Positions 1-9,194 of a stretch of 53,279 bases of DNA are shown here, piece by piece. The translations under genes and the position numbers were made by a program. How positions within the stretch are numbered: position 1 is the stretch's first letter; each line of letters opens with the position of its first letter. The notes below the pieces were generated by a model. That model was not told the DNA's origin. It was given only the letters and a program-made list of their open reading frames with translations, and did no database searches. Source of the stretch: an uncultured bacterium (GTDB lineage Bacteria; CAYUVA01); contig CAYUVA010000001.1 of assembly GCA_964448115.1 (NCBI GenBank), positions 124,001-177,279 of the forward strand. Reading direction: 5' to 3'.

Positions 1-127
1 CATGCACCTCGGAGCCGCAGATGCCAGAGTAGGTAACCTTTATCAACACCTCGTCATCCTTGGGCTCGGGCGCTGGGATCTCATCTACTCGAAGGTCTTT
101 TTTTCCATGCCATCTTAACGCTTTCAT
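1..127 (-). CDS. Zn-dependent alcohol/polyol dehydrogenase (MDR family, butanediol dehydrogenase-like), 5' part only; runs off the window edge
   Basis: Not in the ORF track. Manual translation gives MKALRWHGKKDLRVDEIPAPEPKDDEVLIKVTYSGICGSEVH, the MDR N-terminus with the GICGSxxH catalytic Zn motif. AGGAG RBS at 136-140 on the minus strand. Confidence 0.9.
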   Translation of the reverse strand, partial: MKALRWHGKKDLRVDEIPAPEPKDDEVLIKVTYSGICGSEVH

Positions 128-147
128 AATGTCAACTCCTTATAATT

Positions 148-163
148 TGATTGTTAACAATCA
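148..163. promoter_or_regulatory. Perfect 16-bp palindrome, candidate operator for the dehydrogenase
   Basis: TGATTGTTAACAATCA is its own reverse complement and lies just upstream of the dehydrogenase RBS. Confidence 0.5.
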
Positions 164-170
164 TTAAGTA

Positions 171-186
171 TGCATAGATCATTCCA
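171..186 (-). promoter_or_regulatory. Candidate sigma54 (-24/-12) promoter of the dehydrogenase
   Basis: Minus strand TGGAATG-ATCT-ATGCA has the exact GG-N10-GC spacing; partial match to TGGCACG-N4-TTGCW. Confidence 0.35.
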
Positions 187-411
187 TTCAACGAATGTCA
201 TATTAACATTTACTAAAATTACAAAAAGACCTTTGATATCAGTAAGATAATGGTTATTACCTTAGTAATTTAGGATAATCAAATGGCAAAAGGAATGGTT
301 GAAATAAACTATTTTGGTTTTTAATGTGGTTTAATTGAACTATTCGAGCCAATCTTTAAGCAAATTTCATGAAGCATCCCACAAGGATTATTCAAAAATC
401 GAGTTAAGCGG

Positions 412-440
412 TTGCCAGGTACCCCGAATCATGCTATTGT
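412..440 (+). promoter_or_regulatory. Candidate sigma70 promoter for gamma-CA/cobB
   Basis: TTGCCA-17 nt-TATTGT with an extended -10 TG. Confidence 0.35.
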
Positions 441-496
441 AGTAATCGATTAAATGGCGAGGTTTAAGGAAAATAACAAGCTACAGGATAGATGAT

Positions 497-1030
497 ATGC
501 TCATAACCTTTCGTGGCAATACACCTATGATACACGAGAGTTGCTTTATCGAGCCGAGTGCTCGCATCATCGGCGATGTCAACATCGGCGCTAATTCGAG
601 CGTCTGGTTTAACGCGATCGTACGCGGGGATATCAACTACATAAGGATCGGTGAAAATACCAATATCCAGGACGCCTGTATAGTGCATGTAACCTCTGGT
701 CGATTCCCAACCATCATCGGCAATAATGTTACCCTGGGACACGGAGCAATTGTACACGGTAGCCGCATCGGCGATGGAAGCCTCATTTCAATGGGATGCA
801 TAGTACTTGATAACTGCGATATTGGAGAGAATGTTATCATCGGCGCCGGTTCTGTGGTTACTGAGGGGAGTCGCATTCCCTCTAATACACTAGTCTTAGG
901 CGCGCCAGCAAGGGTGAAGCGACAGCTTACAGATCGGGATCTACAAAAGCTAAAGAATTACTGGAGCGAGTATGTCTCCTTAAAAGACGAGTACATGGCA
1001 GAAGAATATTACAGGAAGTTTCAAAAATGA
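497..1030 (+). CDS. Gamma-class carbonic anhydrase family protein (YrdA/PaaY-like)
   Basis: Hexapeptide repeats; RGD...IG..TNIQD..IVH and VTLGHGAIVHG metal-binding His motifs. Confidence 0.93.
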   Translation: MLITFRGNTPMIHESCFIEPSARIIGDVNIGANSSVWFNAIVRGDINYIRIGENTNIQDACIVHVTSGRFPTIIGNNVTLGHGAIVHGSRIGDGSLISMGCIVLDNCDIGENVIIGAGSVVTEGSRIPSNTLVLGAPARVKRQLTDRDLQKLKNYWSEYVSLKDEYMAEEYYRKFQK

Positions 1031-1770
1031 GTTTACAGATTCCTGATACGCTTATCGAAAGACTCAAGGAGGCGCAAAGGGTCTGCATCATTACCGGCGC
1101 CGGCATCTCCGCAGAGAGTGGAGTCCCAACCTTCAGGGGCAAAGACGGCCTATGGAGGCAATACCGAGCCGAGGAGCTGGCTACCCCGCAGGCATTTGCA
1201 AGGGATCCGAAACTGGTCTGGGAGTGGTATAACTGGAGGCGGAGCCTGATCTACCCCTTGAAGCCTAATCCAGCCCATGAGGCGGTAACCGCGATGGATA
1301 GCCATTACCCAGATTTCTTGTTGATTACACAGAATGTCGATGGATTGCATAGAAAAGCTGGCACCCGACGAATGGTCGAGGTGCACGGCAATATCTGGCG
1401 GGTGCGCTGCACAAGGGAAGGGACGATCAGCGAACGCATCCAGCAGGATCTGGGCGAACTGCCACCTGTATGTGAGAAGTGCGGTGCTATCTTGAGACCG
1501 GATGTGGTCTGGTTCGGTGAGAGCCTCCCCCTTGAGGCATTGAATAGATCCATCGGTTTTGTGTCCGCCTGTGACTTGATGATCGTAATCGGCACCTCGG
1601 CAGTGGTGTATCCGGTCGCCGGGTTTCCCTGGACGGCTAAGCAAAAAGGTGCAACCGTGATCGAGATTAACGCGGAGCAAACGCCGATCACCGAAATTGC
1701 CGATTACTCGATGATCGGCAAGGCTGGGGAGATTATGCCGCTTTTGGTCAAAGGGCTAAGCAGAAAGTAG
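1027..1770 (+). CDS. cobB: NAD-dependent protein deacylase, class III sirtuin
   Basis: GAGISAESGVPTFRG, ITQNVDGLH, HGNI, RPDVVWFGE and GTSAVVYP motifs; WYNWRR (YxxR) suggests desuccinylase activity. Overlaps the upstream stop by ATGA. Confidence 0.95.
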   Translation: MSLQIPDTLIERLKEAQRVCIITGAGISAESGVPTFRGKDGLWRQYRAEELATPQAFARDPKLVWEWYNWRRSLIYPLKPNPAHEAVTAMDSHYPDFLLITQNVDGLHRKAGTRRMVEVHGNIWRVRCTREGTISERIQQDLGELPPVCEKCGAILRPDVVWFGESLPLEALNRSIGFVSACDLMIVIGTSAVVYPVAGFPWTAKQKGATVIEINAEQTPITEIADYSMIGKAGEIMPLLVKGLSRK

Positions 1771-1874
1771 GAATCCATTCTAATGACATTAAGCACTACA
1801 TCGCATATTAAGACCATCCCCCTAGCTCTATCCCAGAGTAGTTTTTTTCAAAAAGTGAAAGAAGCAATCCGATT

Positions 1875-1989
1875 TGTCTCTCCAAGCGATGGAGCTCTGG
1901 TAACTGAGTCGAAAAATCTCTTTATTTACAATACCTTACAGGGATCCCCCGACTTCGCTTCACTTGCTTCCGCTCCGCTCGGGGTGACA
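1875..1989. repeat. Degenerate REP/MITE-like inverted repeat
   Basis: Left arm TGTCTCTCCAAGCGA...GAGTCGAAAAATCTC is an imperfect reverse complement of right arm GGGATCCCCCGACTTC...TCCGCTCGGGGTGACA. Intergenic. Confidence 0.55.
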
Positions 1990-2074
1990 CGGTGTACGGG
2001 TTTGGAGGCAGGCTGGTTAGGGAGAGGATTAGGATGAGGACAAAATTATCATCTATCTTGAGCTTGACGCTATA

Positions 2075-2554
2075 ATGTCCCGTCCATTGAGCGAGCTTAG
2101 CGTATTTGCCTTCTTGTTTATCTTTTTCGGTCTGCTTCTGCTGGTGGAGAACTACACCACGATTTACCCCTTCAGTCGCCTCTGGCCTTTGTTGATCGTA
2201 TTTCTCGGTTTTGGCTTGCTGCTAGTGTTTTATCGCCGTCGGCGCAGCGATCTCTTTCTGTTGGGGATGGCAAGCTTTATGCTTCAGATAGGGCTGTTCT
2301 TCCAGTATCTCAATTTCACGACCTGGAGACAGATGGCAGAACTCTGGCCGTTGTTCATTGGATTTTTGAGCATCTCCTGCCTTTGGGTCGCATTTTACGA
2401 ACGAGTGATAAAGGTGCTATACTATATAAGTATTGTTTTAGGAATGCTATGCGTATCGTTTATGTTGGTATTCAATATAGACCCTAAGCTCTGGCCGATT
2501 ACGCTGGTCTTCTTCGGCATCTCACTTTTGATAATAAGGAGATTTGGGATATGA
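2075..2554 (+). CDS. Small polytopic membrane protein (LiaI/LiaF/DUF5668-like), start uncertain
   Basis: About six hydrophobic segments with three repeated LWP motifs; ATGA-coupled to the next gene. Confidence 0.7.
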   Translation: MSRPLSELSVFAFLFIFFGLLLLVENYTTIYPFSRLWPLLIVFLGFGLLLVFYRRRRSDLFLLGMASFMLQIGLFFQYLNFTTWRQMAELWPLFIGFLSISCLWVAFYERVIKVLYYISIVLGMLCVSFMLVFNIDPKLWPITLVFFGISLLIIRRFGI

Positions 2555-3993
2555 GAAAAAAGGATGTCATTATCGTTGAGCCTTCAGGTGTAGAGGCGAA
2601 TGTGTTCTCCAAGTACATCAAGCTGCCCCTTATGGGCACAGTTTACCTGGGCACTATCCTTAAAAAGCATGGATTTAATGTCCGCATATTGAACGAGAAC
2701 ATACTGGGAAGGAAGCTGATGGTCGATGAGCTACAGGGTGATTTTCTGCTTTTAAGCCTCTTGACCTCCACTGCTCCTCGTGGATACGAGATCGCCCGCC
2801 AGTTCAAGCAGATGAACCGCAATTCCAAGGTGATAATCGGGGGGATACACCCTACATTTATGCCCGATGAGGCGGCTAGATTTGCAGACCATGTCGTGCT
2901 CGGCGAGGGGGAAAATATCATCATTGATCTACTCAAGTACGGCAGCGACGAGACCATAATCCAGGGCGAGTTTTTAACAGATCTCGATCAGCTTCCCTTG
3001 CCCGATTTTAGCCTGATCGCCAAGGGATTAAGATCAAGCACGCTGCCGGTGATGACCAGCCGCGGCTGCCCCTTCGACTGCAACTTCTGCCTGGTTACGC
3101 AGATGTTCGGCAAGCACTATCGCTTCAACTCGGTGGATCATGTGATGGAGGATCTGCGCCAGGTAGATAAGCCGCTGGTATTCTTCTATGATGATAACTT
3201 CACCGCCAACCGCAAGCGCAGTTACCAGTTGCTGGAACGCATGGCAAAGGCGAGAAAACAACTGCGCTTCCGCTGGTGGACCGCGCAGGTCAGAGCCGAT
3301 GTCGCCAAGGATGAGCAGATGGTCAAGCTGATGGCGAGAACCGGCTGCTATCGCGTCTATATCGGCTTCGAGTCCATAAACCCGCAGGCGCTAAAGGAGA
3401 TGAATAAGAAACAGTCCCCCGAGGAGATAGAGGCTTGCATAAGGACGCTGCACAAACACCGGATACGGGTTCACGGTATGTTCATCTTCGGCAGCGATGC
3501 GGATACGCCGGCTACGGTGAAGCAGACGGTGCAGTTCGCCAGGCGTATGCGCATCGACACCGTGCAGTTCATGGTGCTTACGCCGATGCCTGGCACCGAG
3601 ACCTACCGCCGCATCGAAAGCTCTGGCAAGCTGCTACACAATAACTGGCAGTACTTCGACGGTATGCATGTGGTCTTCGAGCCATCGAATATGGAACCGG
3701 ATACGCTTCAGAGCATAACCATCGATGCTTATGAGCAGTTCTACTCTTATTTCAGCGTCATGCGCGAGGCGGTATATGAGCTGGTGCAGGCGGGAAGGGA
3801 GATAGGAGCCTCCTACTTCACCAGGGTGAAGATACCCGATTTCTCCAACCTTGCACATAAGCTCTTTGCCAAGCATATCGTGAAGCGCTGGCAGAAGCTG
3901 AATCTCGATTATATGAGGTATCTGAGCAAGGTAAAGGAGCTTCGTCAATCATTAAGAAACACCACCTCGGCGATAATCAAGGAGAACCTGTAA
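2551..3993 (+). CDS. B12-binding domain radical SAM protein
   Basis: PLMG..YLGTILK and IIGGIHPT B12-binding domain; SRGCPFDCNFC radical SAM motif; FFYDDNF; IGFES. Confidence 0.93.
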   Translation: MRKKDVIIVEPSGVEANVFSKYIKLPLMGTVYLGTILKKHGFNVRILNENILGRKLMVDELQGDFLLLSLLTSTAPRGYEIARQFKQMNRNSKVIIGGIHPTFMPDEAARFADHVVLGEGENIIIDLLKYGSDETIIQGEFLTDLDQLPLPDFSLIAKGLRSSTLPVMTSRGCPFDCNFCLVTQMFGKHYRFNSVDHVMEDLRQVDKPLVFFYDDNFTANRKRSYQLLERMAKARKQLRFRWWTAQVRADVAKDEQMVKLMARTGCYRVYIGFESINPQALKEMNKKQSPEEIEACIRTLHKHRIRVHGMFIFGSDADTPATVKQTVQFARRMRIDTVQFMVLTPMPGTETYRRIESSGKLLHNNWQYFDGMHVVFEPSNMEPDTLQSITIDAYEQFYSYFSVMREAVYELVQAGREIGASYFTRVKIPDFSNLAHKLFAKHIVKRWQKLNLDYMRYLSKVKELRQSLRNTTSAIIKENL

Positions 3994-4022
3994 TCCAATC
4001 GATTATCAGTTGATAAGATTAG

Positions 4023-7000
4023 ATGAATAACCTGCCGGATCGAATCCTGAACATAATCGAGAAAGCCAAACCACTAGCTAACCACAACCTTAAATATGTG
4101 CTGGCAATCTCAAATAATGTTCGCGAACTAATCGAACGACTTGAAAGTAAAGGTGATCGCGAGAAGGTACGGCTGCGCCGCTTGTCTTCAAACTACCGTG
4201 AGGAGATGGATGTGGTGGCGGCTGCCGGGGAGACACAAGAAGAGAAACTGCGATTTTTAGCCTGTTATTATTCCATCCAGTTCCTGATTATGAACCTTAA
4301 TTGCCTTGACTCGCTAAATCTAATGCTTCTGGAGAACAAGGAAAATGTGCAGGCATATACCGAATACCTGGTAAACCTCGAAACCAGCTACAAGGAGCTT
4401 ATATCAGCCTACATTTCAAAGCTGCTTGAGATATTCTATCCCTACCCGGATGATAATGATTTCGTAATCTGCGTTGTAGGTACCCTGGTCGATCAGGATG
4501 ATATCGATGTATGGGTCATCGAAGAGCTTGACGATCATCGCGAGGAATTCAATAGGGCGATCGGCAAACTTAGCCAGCAGATGCTGCGCACCGCTACCAG
4601 GTTTCATTTCTACATGTCAGAGCATGTCGGTCCCAAGGAGAGGCTGACCACTACTATCGAGGAGTTCGATAAAAGACTAGCCGAGGTGCCGGTCGATGTC
4701 ATAGCTGTAACCGAGATACTAAGTGCGGTTCCATTGGTCGGCTCTGAAGCGCTTTATGAGAAGCTCAAAAAAAGGATCATCGACCGATATTATTCCTATC
4801 ACTCGGTGCGTTTCACCCACCATGAAAGGTATCTGCGCGGCATAATCGGCGAGGTGCGCGATTTTCTGGTGCTACAGCCCAGCCCGAACCTCATCAACCT
4901 CAAGGATGACGCACTAAGAATGATCAAAGCACTCGTCTTTGCCGGCAAGGTTGTGCATAACATCAAAAAGACCAGGGCTGATGATATTATAGATAGGATC
5001 ATCCAAAAAGGCGCTTGGAACAACGAACACTTAGCAAAACTAAAGGAAGACCTGGCTTTCTTTCATATCTTTAGGCATCTGTACCAGCTCTTCGTGGTTC
5101 AGGATGAACAGATAGACCTGACCGAGCCTGGAACAGAGGATAATCTGCAGGTCATTGCCGAGCGAATGGGATACAGGGACTTCGGATTGATCAAGGCTTA
5201 CACCCATCTTTTGGTTCACTACTACGAGAGGGTAGAGAAATCCAGCATCTCCGTGAAACAACTAGTGAAGAGCCTCAAGGATGTACTTTATAGACAAAGC
5301 GTTTTCAAGACCCTGATCGAAAAACATAAAGAGATTGCCCAGTACGAAGATTCTCCTCGGAACGCAGAGGAATTCGTTAACAAGTTTATCACCTTGCTTG
5401 GCACTTTTCGGGGGGTTACCTACTGGGACGATGTGCTAAATGCCTTCGAGGTGGATAATGGCACGGTAAGGCGAATGTTCATCAATGGCTTCTTAGCCAT
5501 GCATCCGCGTAAACAAAAGGTAGCAGCTCGCATTGCCATGCTCTGCACGCATTATACTTTATCCACCGCGCTGCGCATGGTTATCATGGTTAACGATAGT
5601 ATCAAGGTTCCGGGATACAAGAAGGTCAGGGATCTACTGAATGAGGCGGTCCTGGAAGCGCTTGCCGACACCCACGACCTGTCGGCTCGCTTTGCCAGGT
5701 TATTTGACTACGATCCGCTGCTTGTGCAGAAATACTTGATGATCCTCGACCAATCAAAGCTTAAAAGGCTGGAGGAATTGACCAAACAAGAGGTAGAACA
5801 AGAGATAATACACTCTCAGACCAACTTTCTGATTTTATTGAAACTTCACCTGATTAGCAGCAATCACTACAAGTATTTTCTCGATAAGACGGTAAAAAAA
5901 CACCCGGAGTTTCTGAAAAACATCACCAATACGACCAATATGAAGGCGATCTCCCAGGGAATACTGGGCGAGATATCGAGCACTGATAGCATCGAGAAAA
6001 AAAAGGAACTAATCGCTTCATATTTCGATATCGAGTTCACTCGCATCGCCATAGACCTTTTTGATAACGAATCTATCGAGAAGATAAATAAAGAATATAC
6101 TATCTTAAGCGATAACTATATCCAGACCCTCTTTTTCACCTGTAAGGAAGAGATAAAACGCAGCATGAAGAAGCCATTCAGCACCGCTGATAAACTCTCC
6201 CTGTTGGCAGCCGGCGGTCATGCCAGGGGAAACGCCTTTGACGATGATTATGATATCATCGTGCTGTTAGACTCGGAGAACAAAGAGATTAAAGAATACT
6301 GCTCCAAGATAGTCATGAAGATGCATACCGAGATGGTCAAGCAAGGCGTAAGACCCCAGTTTCGCTTTGCCGGGCAGTTCGGAAGCTATGTAACATTGCT
6401 TTCGGAACTGGAACAGACGCTTAGTGAAGACAGGGAAGACCTCTTCGTTGACCAGTCGCAGGTCCTGGGATCTAGGATGCTTCTTGGAAGCAAGATATTT
6501 GCCAAGGAGCTGGAAGATAGGATACTTGAGCCTTACATATACTGCCAATGCGACCAGTACCTGCGATCCATCACCGAGGAGATGGAATATCGCCATGCAA
6601 GACCTATCATCCAGGTTGGAGAGCGCGATGAAGATGGACCCTGTATAAATATCAAGGAATGTAAAGGTGGGTTGAGGGATATTGAGCTTCTGCTTCTAAG
6701 TTACAAATCTTGCCTTAGATTCTCCGAAAGCATTAGCGAAAAAATCCTGGATTTACTACTCGAGGTGAATCATGAACGCAGAGGCGAAATCAAGATCCTG
6801 AAGGCTTTGCTAGGTTTCTTCCGCAAGGTGCGTAATATATATCGCCTGACCATCGGGGCAAGCGACCTGATCCATCAGAATCACCTGCAATTAGTGGCTA
6901 ACATTATGAACTTCACGACCAAGGGTGGATTGGCGCTAAGTCATACACTTTTCACCGGCTTGAAGGAACGACTAGAGACATCGGCAGAGATAGTAAGGAC

Positions 7001-7073
7001 ACTGAATAATGACCTCTACACGCGGCGAGGAGTGCTGGCAAAACGAATGGCAAAGCTAGATACAGGACCTTAG
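4023..7073 (+). CDS. Divergent GlnE/GlnD-like protein nucleotidyltransferase with two NTase-like halves
   Basis: Motifs VVGTLVDQDDIDVWVI and LLAAGGHARGNAFDDDYDIIVL, followed by NLKDDALRMIKAL and NIKECKGGLRDIELL respectively. Size matches GlnE. Confidence 0.65.
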   Translation: MNNLPDRILNIIEKAKPLANHNLKYVLAISNNVRELIERLESKGDREKVRLRRLSSNYREEMDVVAAAGETQEEKLRFLACYYSIQFLIMNLNCLDSLNLMLLENKENVQAYTEYLVNLETSYKELISAYISKLLEIFYPYPDDNDFVICVVGTLVDQDDIDVWVIEELDDHREEFNRAIGKLSQQMLRTATRFHFYMSEHVGPKERLTTTIEEFDKRLAEVPVDVIAVTEILSAVPLVGSEALYEKLKKRIIDRYYSYHSVRFTHHERYLRGIIGEVRDFLVLQPSPNLINLKDDALRMIKALVFAGKVVHNIKKTRADDIIDRIIQKGAWNNEHLAKLKEDLAFFHIFRHLYQLFVVQDEQIDLTEPGTEDNLQVIAERMGYRDFGLIKAYTHLLVHYYERVEKSSISVKQLVKSLKDVLYRQSVFKTLIEKHKEIAQYEDSPRNAEEFVNKFITLLGTFRGVTYWDDVLNAFEVDNGTVRRMFINGFLAMHPRKQKVAARIAMLCTHYTLSTALRMVIMVNDSIKVPGYKKVRDLLNEAVLEALADTHDLSARFARLFDYDPLLVQKYLMILDQSKLKRLEELTKQEVEQEIIHSQTNFLILLKLHLISSNHYKYFLDKTVKKHPEFLKNITNTTNMKAISQGILGEISSTDSIEKKKELIASYFDIEFTRIAIDLFDNESIEKINKEYTILSDNYIQTLFFTCKEEIKRSMKKPFSTADKLSLLAAGGHARGNAFDDDYDIIVLLDSENKEIKEYCSKIVMKMHTEMVKQGVRPQFRFAGQFGSYVTLLSELEQTLSEDREDLFVDQSQVLGSRMLLGSKIFAKELEDRILEPYIYCQCDQYLRSITEEMEYRHARPIIQVGERDEDGPCINIKECKGGLRDIELLLLSYKSCLRFSESISEKILDLLLEVNHERRGEIKILKALLGFFRKVRNIYRLTIGASDLIHQNHLQLVANIMNFTTKGGLALSHTLFTGLKERLETSAEIVRTLNNDLYTRRGVLAKRMAKLDTGP

Positions 7074-7109
7074 TTTGACCTTTACAATGGATAAGAATGG
7101 AGACCGATA

Positions 7110-7316
7110 ATGAGTAATCCTGGAATAGCAGCGGTGTTAAGCCTGATCATCCCTGGAGTGGGACAGTTCTACAACGGCGATTTTCTGCGAGGGATCTTCT
7201 GGCTGATAATCACCCCCGGCTTCTGGATTGGAAGCGGTGGGTTACTGGGGTGGATCTGTCATATAATCGCAGCCTTTACCGCCTATAACCGCGCCCAGTG
7301 GAAGATATATTTTTAG
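7110..7316 (+). CDS. Small membrane protein (TM2/DUF5683-like)
   Basis: NPGIAAVLSLIIPGVGQFYNG signature; GGAG RBS. Confidence 0.8.
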   Translation: MSNPGIAAVLSLIIPGVGQFYNGDFLRGIFWLIITPGFWIGSGGLLGWICHIIAAFTAYNRAQWKIYF

Positions 7317-7340
7317 AGGCTAGTTGAAGATTACCTGAGT

Positions 7341-9194
7341 TTATTTACCTATCGCTTCCTCGCCTTCGCCTCCTGATGATTCCGGTCTCTTGCCGCCACC
7401 GTAGAGCATCTCTGAGAGCTTATACGCTACACTCCGCAACTCCTTAACTGCATTTACTATACGCTCAACATTTTGGCTATCCATAACATCCTTGACCTTC
7501 TGCATTGCTTCTTCGATCTCCCTGCGCTCTTCTTCGCTGAGCCTTTGACCATACTCCTCCAGAGACCTTGTAGTAGTATATATCAGAGTCTCCGCTCTAT
7601 TCTTGGTATCGATTAGCTCCTTTTTCTTCTTGTCTTCCTCGGCATGTGCCAGCGCATCCTCCATTATCGAGTTAACCTCTGACTCAGTAAGACCACTTGA
7701 GGCGGTGATGCGCATGGCGTGCTCCCTCCCTGTCCCTAGATCCTTGGCGTGAACATTGACAATTCCATTCGCATCTATGGCGAAGATAACTTCTATCTGC
7801 GGTACTCCTCGAGGAGACGGCGGGATGCCTATAAGTTCGAAACGCCCCAGGCTCTTGTTGTGCGCTGCTAGATCCCGCTCGCCTTGGAGAACATGGATCG
7901 ACACCGCTGACTGGTTATCCTCTGCTGTCGAAAAGATACGGCTTACCTTCACAGGTATGGTCGTATTTCGCTCCACCATCTTGGTGAAAACTCCTCCATA
8001 AGTCTCGATCCCCAGCGATAAGGGCGTAACATCTAATAGAAGAACATCCTTAACCTCTCCTGTCAAAACCGCTCCCTGGATGCAAGCTCCTACCGCTACA
8101 ACCTCATCCGGATTGATACCCTTGATCGGCTCCTTGGTGAAAAACTCGCTAACCTTGCGTTGCACTAATGGCATACGAGTCTGACCCCCTACCAGAATTA
8201 CGCTATGGATATCTTTTACCTCCAGCCCCACATCCTTTAAGGCTTTGATGCAGGGTTCGATGGTCTTCTCCACCAGGTCCGTGGTCATCTCCTCAAGTTG
8301 TTCACGGGTTACCGAGATATGCAGATGCTTGGGACCATCCTCATCAGCGGTGATGAAAGGAAGGTTGATCTCGGTAGTGGTCAGGTTGGATAGCTCGCAT
8401 TTTGCTTTTTCTGCCCCCTCCTTCAGCCGTTGAAGAGCCATGCGGTCTTCTCTTAGATCGATGCCGCTCTCCTTCTCGAACTCCACGGTAAGAAAATCGA
8501 TCATTCTTTGATCGAAGTCATCTCCGCCCAAGAATGTATCACCATTGGTGGAGAGTACCTCGAATAGACCTTCACCTATATCAAGGATCGAGATATCGAA
8601 CGTGCCGCCACCTAGGTCATAGACCGCAATCTTCTGGCTCTCTTTTTTATCCAAGCCATAAGCCAATGCCGCTGCGGTAGGCTCATTTATCACCCTCAGC
8701 ACATCCAGCCCGGCGATCTTCCCTGCATCCTTGGTCGCCTTTCTTTGGCTATCATCGAAGTAAGCAGGCACCGTGATCACTGCCTCGGTTATGCTCTCGC
8801 CCAAGAAGTCCTCTGCGGTCTGCTTTAGTTTCATCAGGATCATTGCAGAGATCTCCTGAGGGGTGTATTCCTTGTCTCGAATGATGATACGGACATCTCC
8901 ATTCGCAGCTTCTGCAATATTATAAGGGCAGTTCTTGACAAATGATTGCACCTGGGGGTCAGCGAATTTTCGACCCATAAATCGCTTAACGCTGAAGACG
9001 GTGTTCTCTGGATTAGTAATCGCCTGTCTTTTGGCGATCTGCCCGACAAGCCGTTCATCCTCATCGGTAATAGCTACCACCGACGGGGTGGTTCTAGAGC
9101 CTTCAGCGTTAGGTATTACTATCGGTTCGCCACCCTCCATAACGGCAACACAAGAATTAGTGGTGCCCAGGTCGATTCCTATAACCTTTCCCAT
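7341..9194 (-). CDS. dnaK: Molecular chaperone DnaK (Hsp70)
   Basis: [44 protein letters not shown] motifs. Confidence 0.98.
   Translation of the reverse strand: MGKVIGIDLGTTNSCVAVMEGGEPIVIPNAEGSRTTPSVVAITDEDERLVGQIAKRQAITNPENTVFSVKRFMGRKFADPQVQSFVKNCPYNIAEAANGDVRIIIRDKEYTPQEISAMILMKLKQTAEDFLGESITEAVITVPAYFDDSQRKATKDAGKIAGLDVLRVINEPTAAALAYGLDKKESQKIAVYDLGGGTFDISILDIGEGLFEVLSTNGDTFLGGDDFDQRMIDFLTVEFEKESGIDLREDRMALQRLKEGAEKAKCELSNLTTTEINLPFITADEDGPKHLHISVTREQLEEMTTDLVEKTIEPCIKALKDVGLEVKDIHSVILVGGQTRMPLVQRKVSEFFTKEPIKGINPDEVVAVGACIQGAVLTGEVKDVLLLDVTPLSLGIETYGGVFTKMVERNTTIPVKVSRIFSTAEDNQSAVSIHVLQGERDLAAHNKSLGRFELIGIPPSPRGVPQIEVIFAIDANGIVNVHAKDLGTGREHAMRITASSGLTESEVNSIMEDALAHAEEDKKKKELIDTKNRAETLIYTTTRSLEEYGQRLSEEERREIEEAMQKVKDVMDSQNVERIVNAVKELRSVAYKLSEMLYGGGKRPESSGGEGEEAIGK

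Noticed and set aside
1783-2037. 84-aa ORF after cobB
   Set aside because: It runs through the inverted-repeat element and has no protein features.
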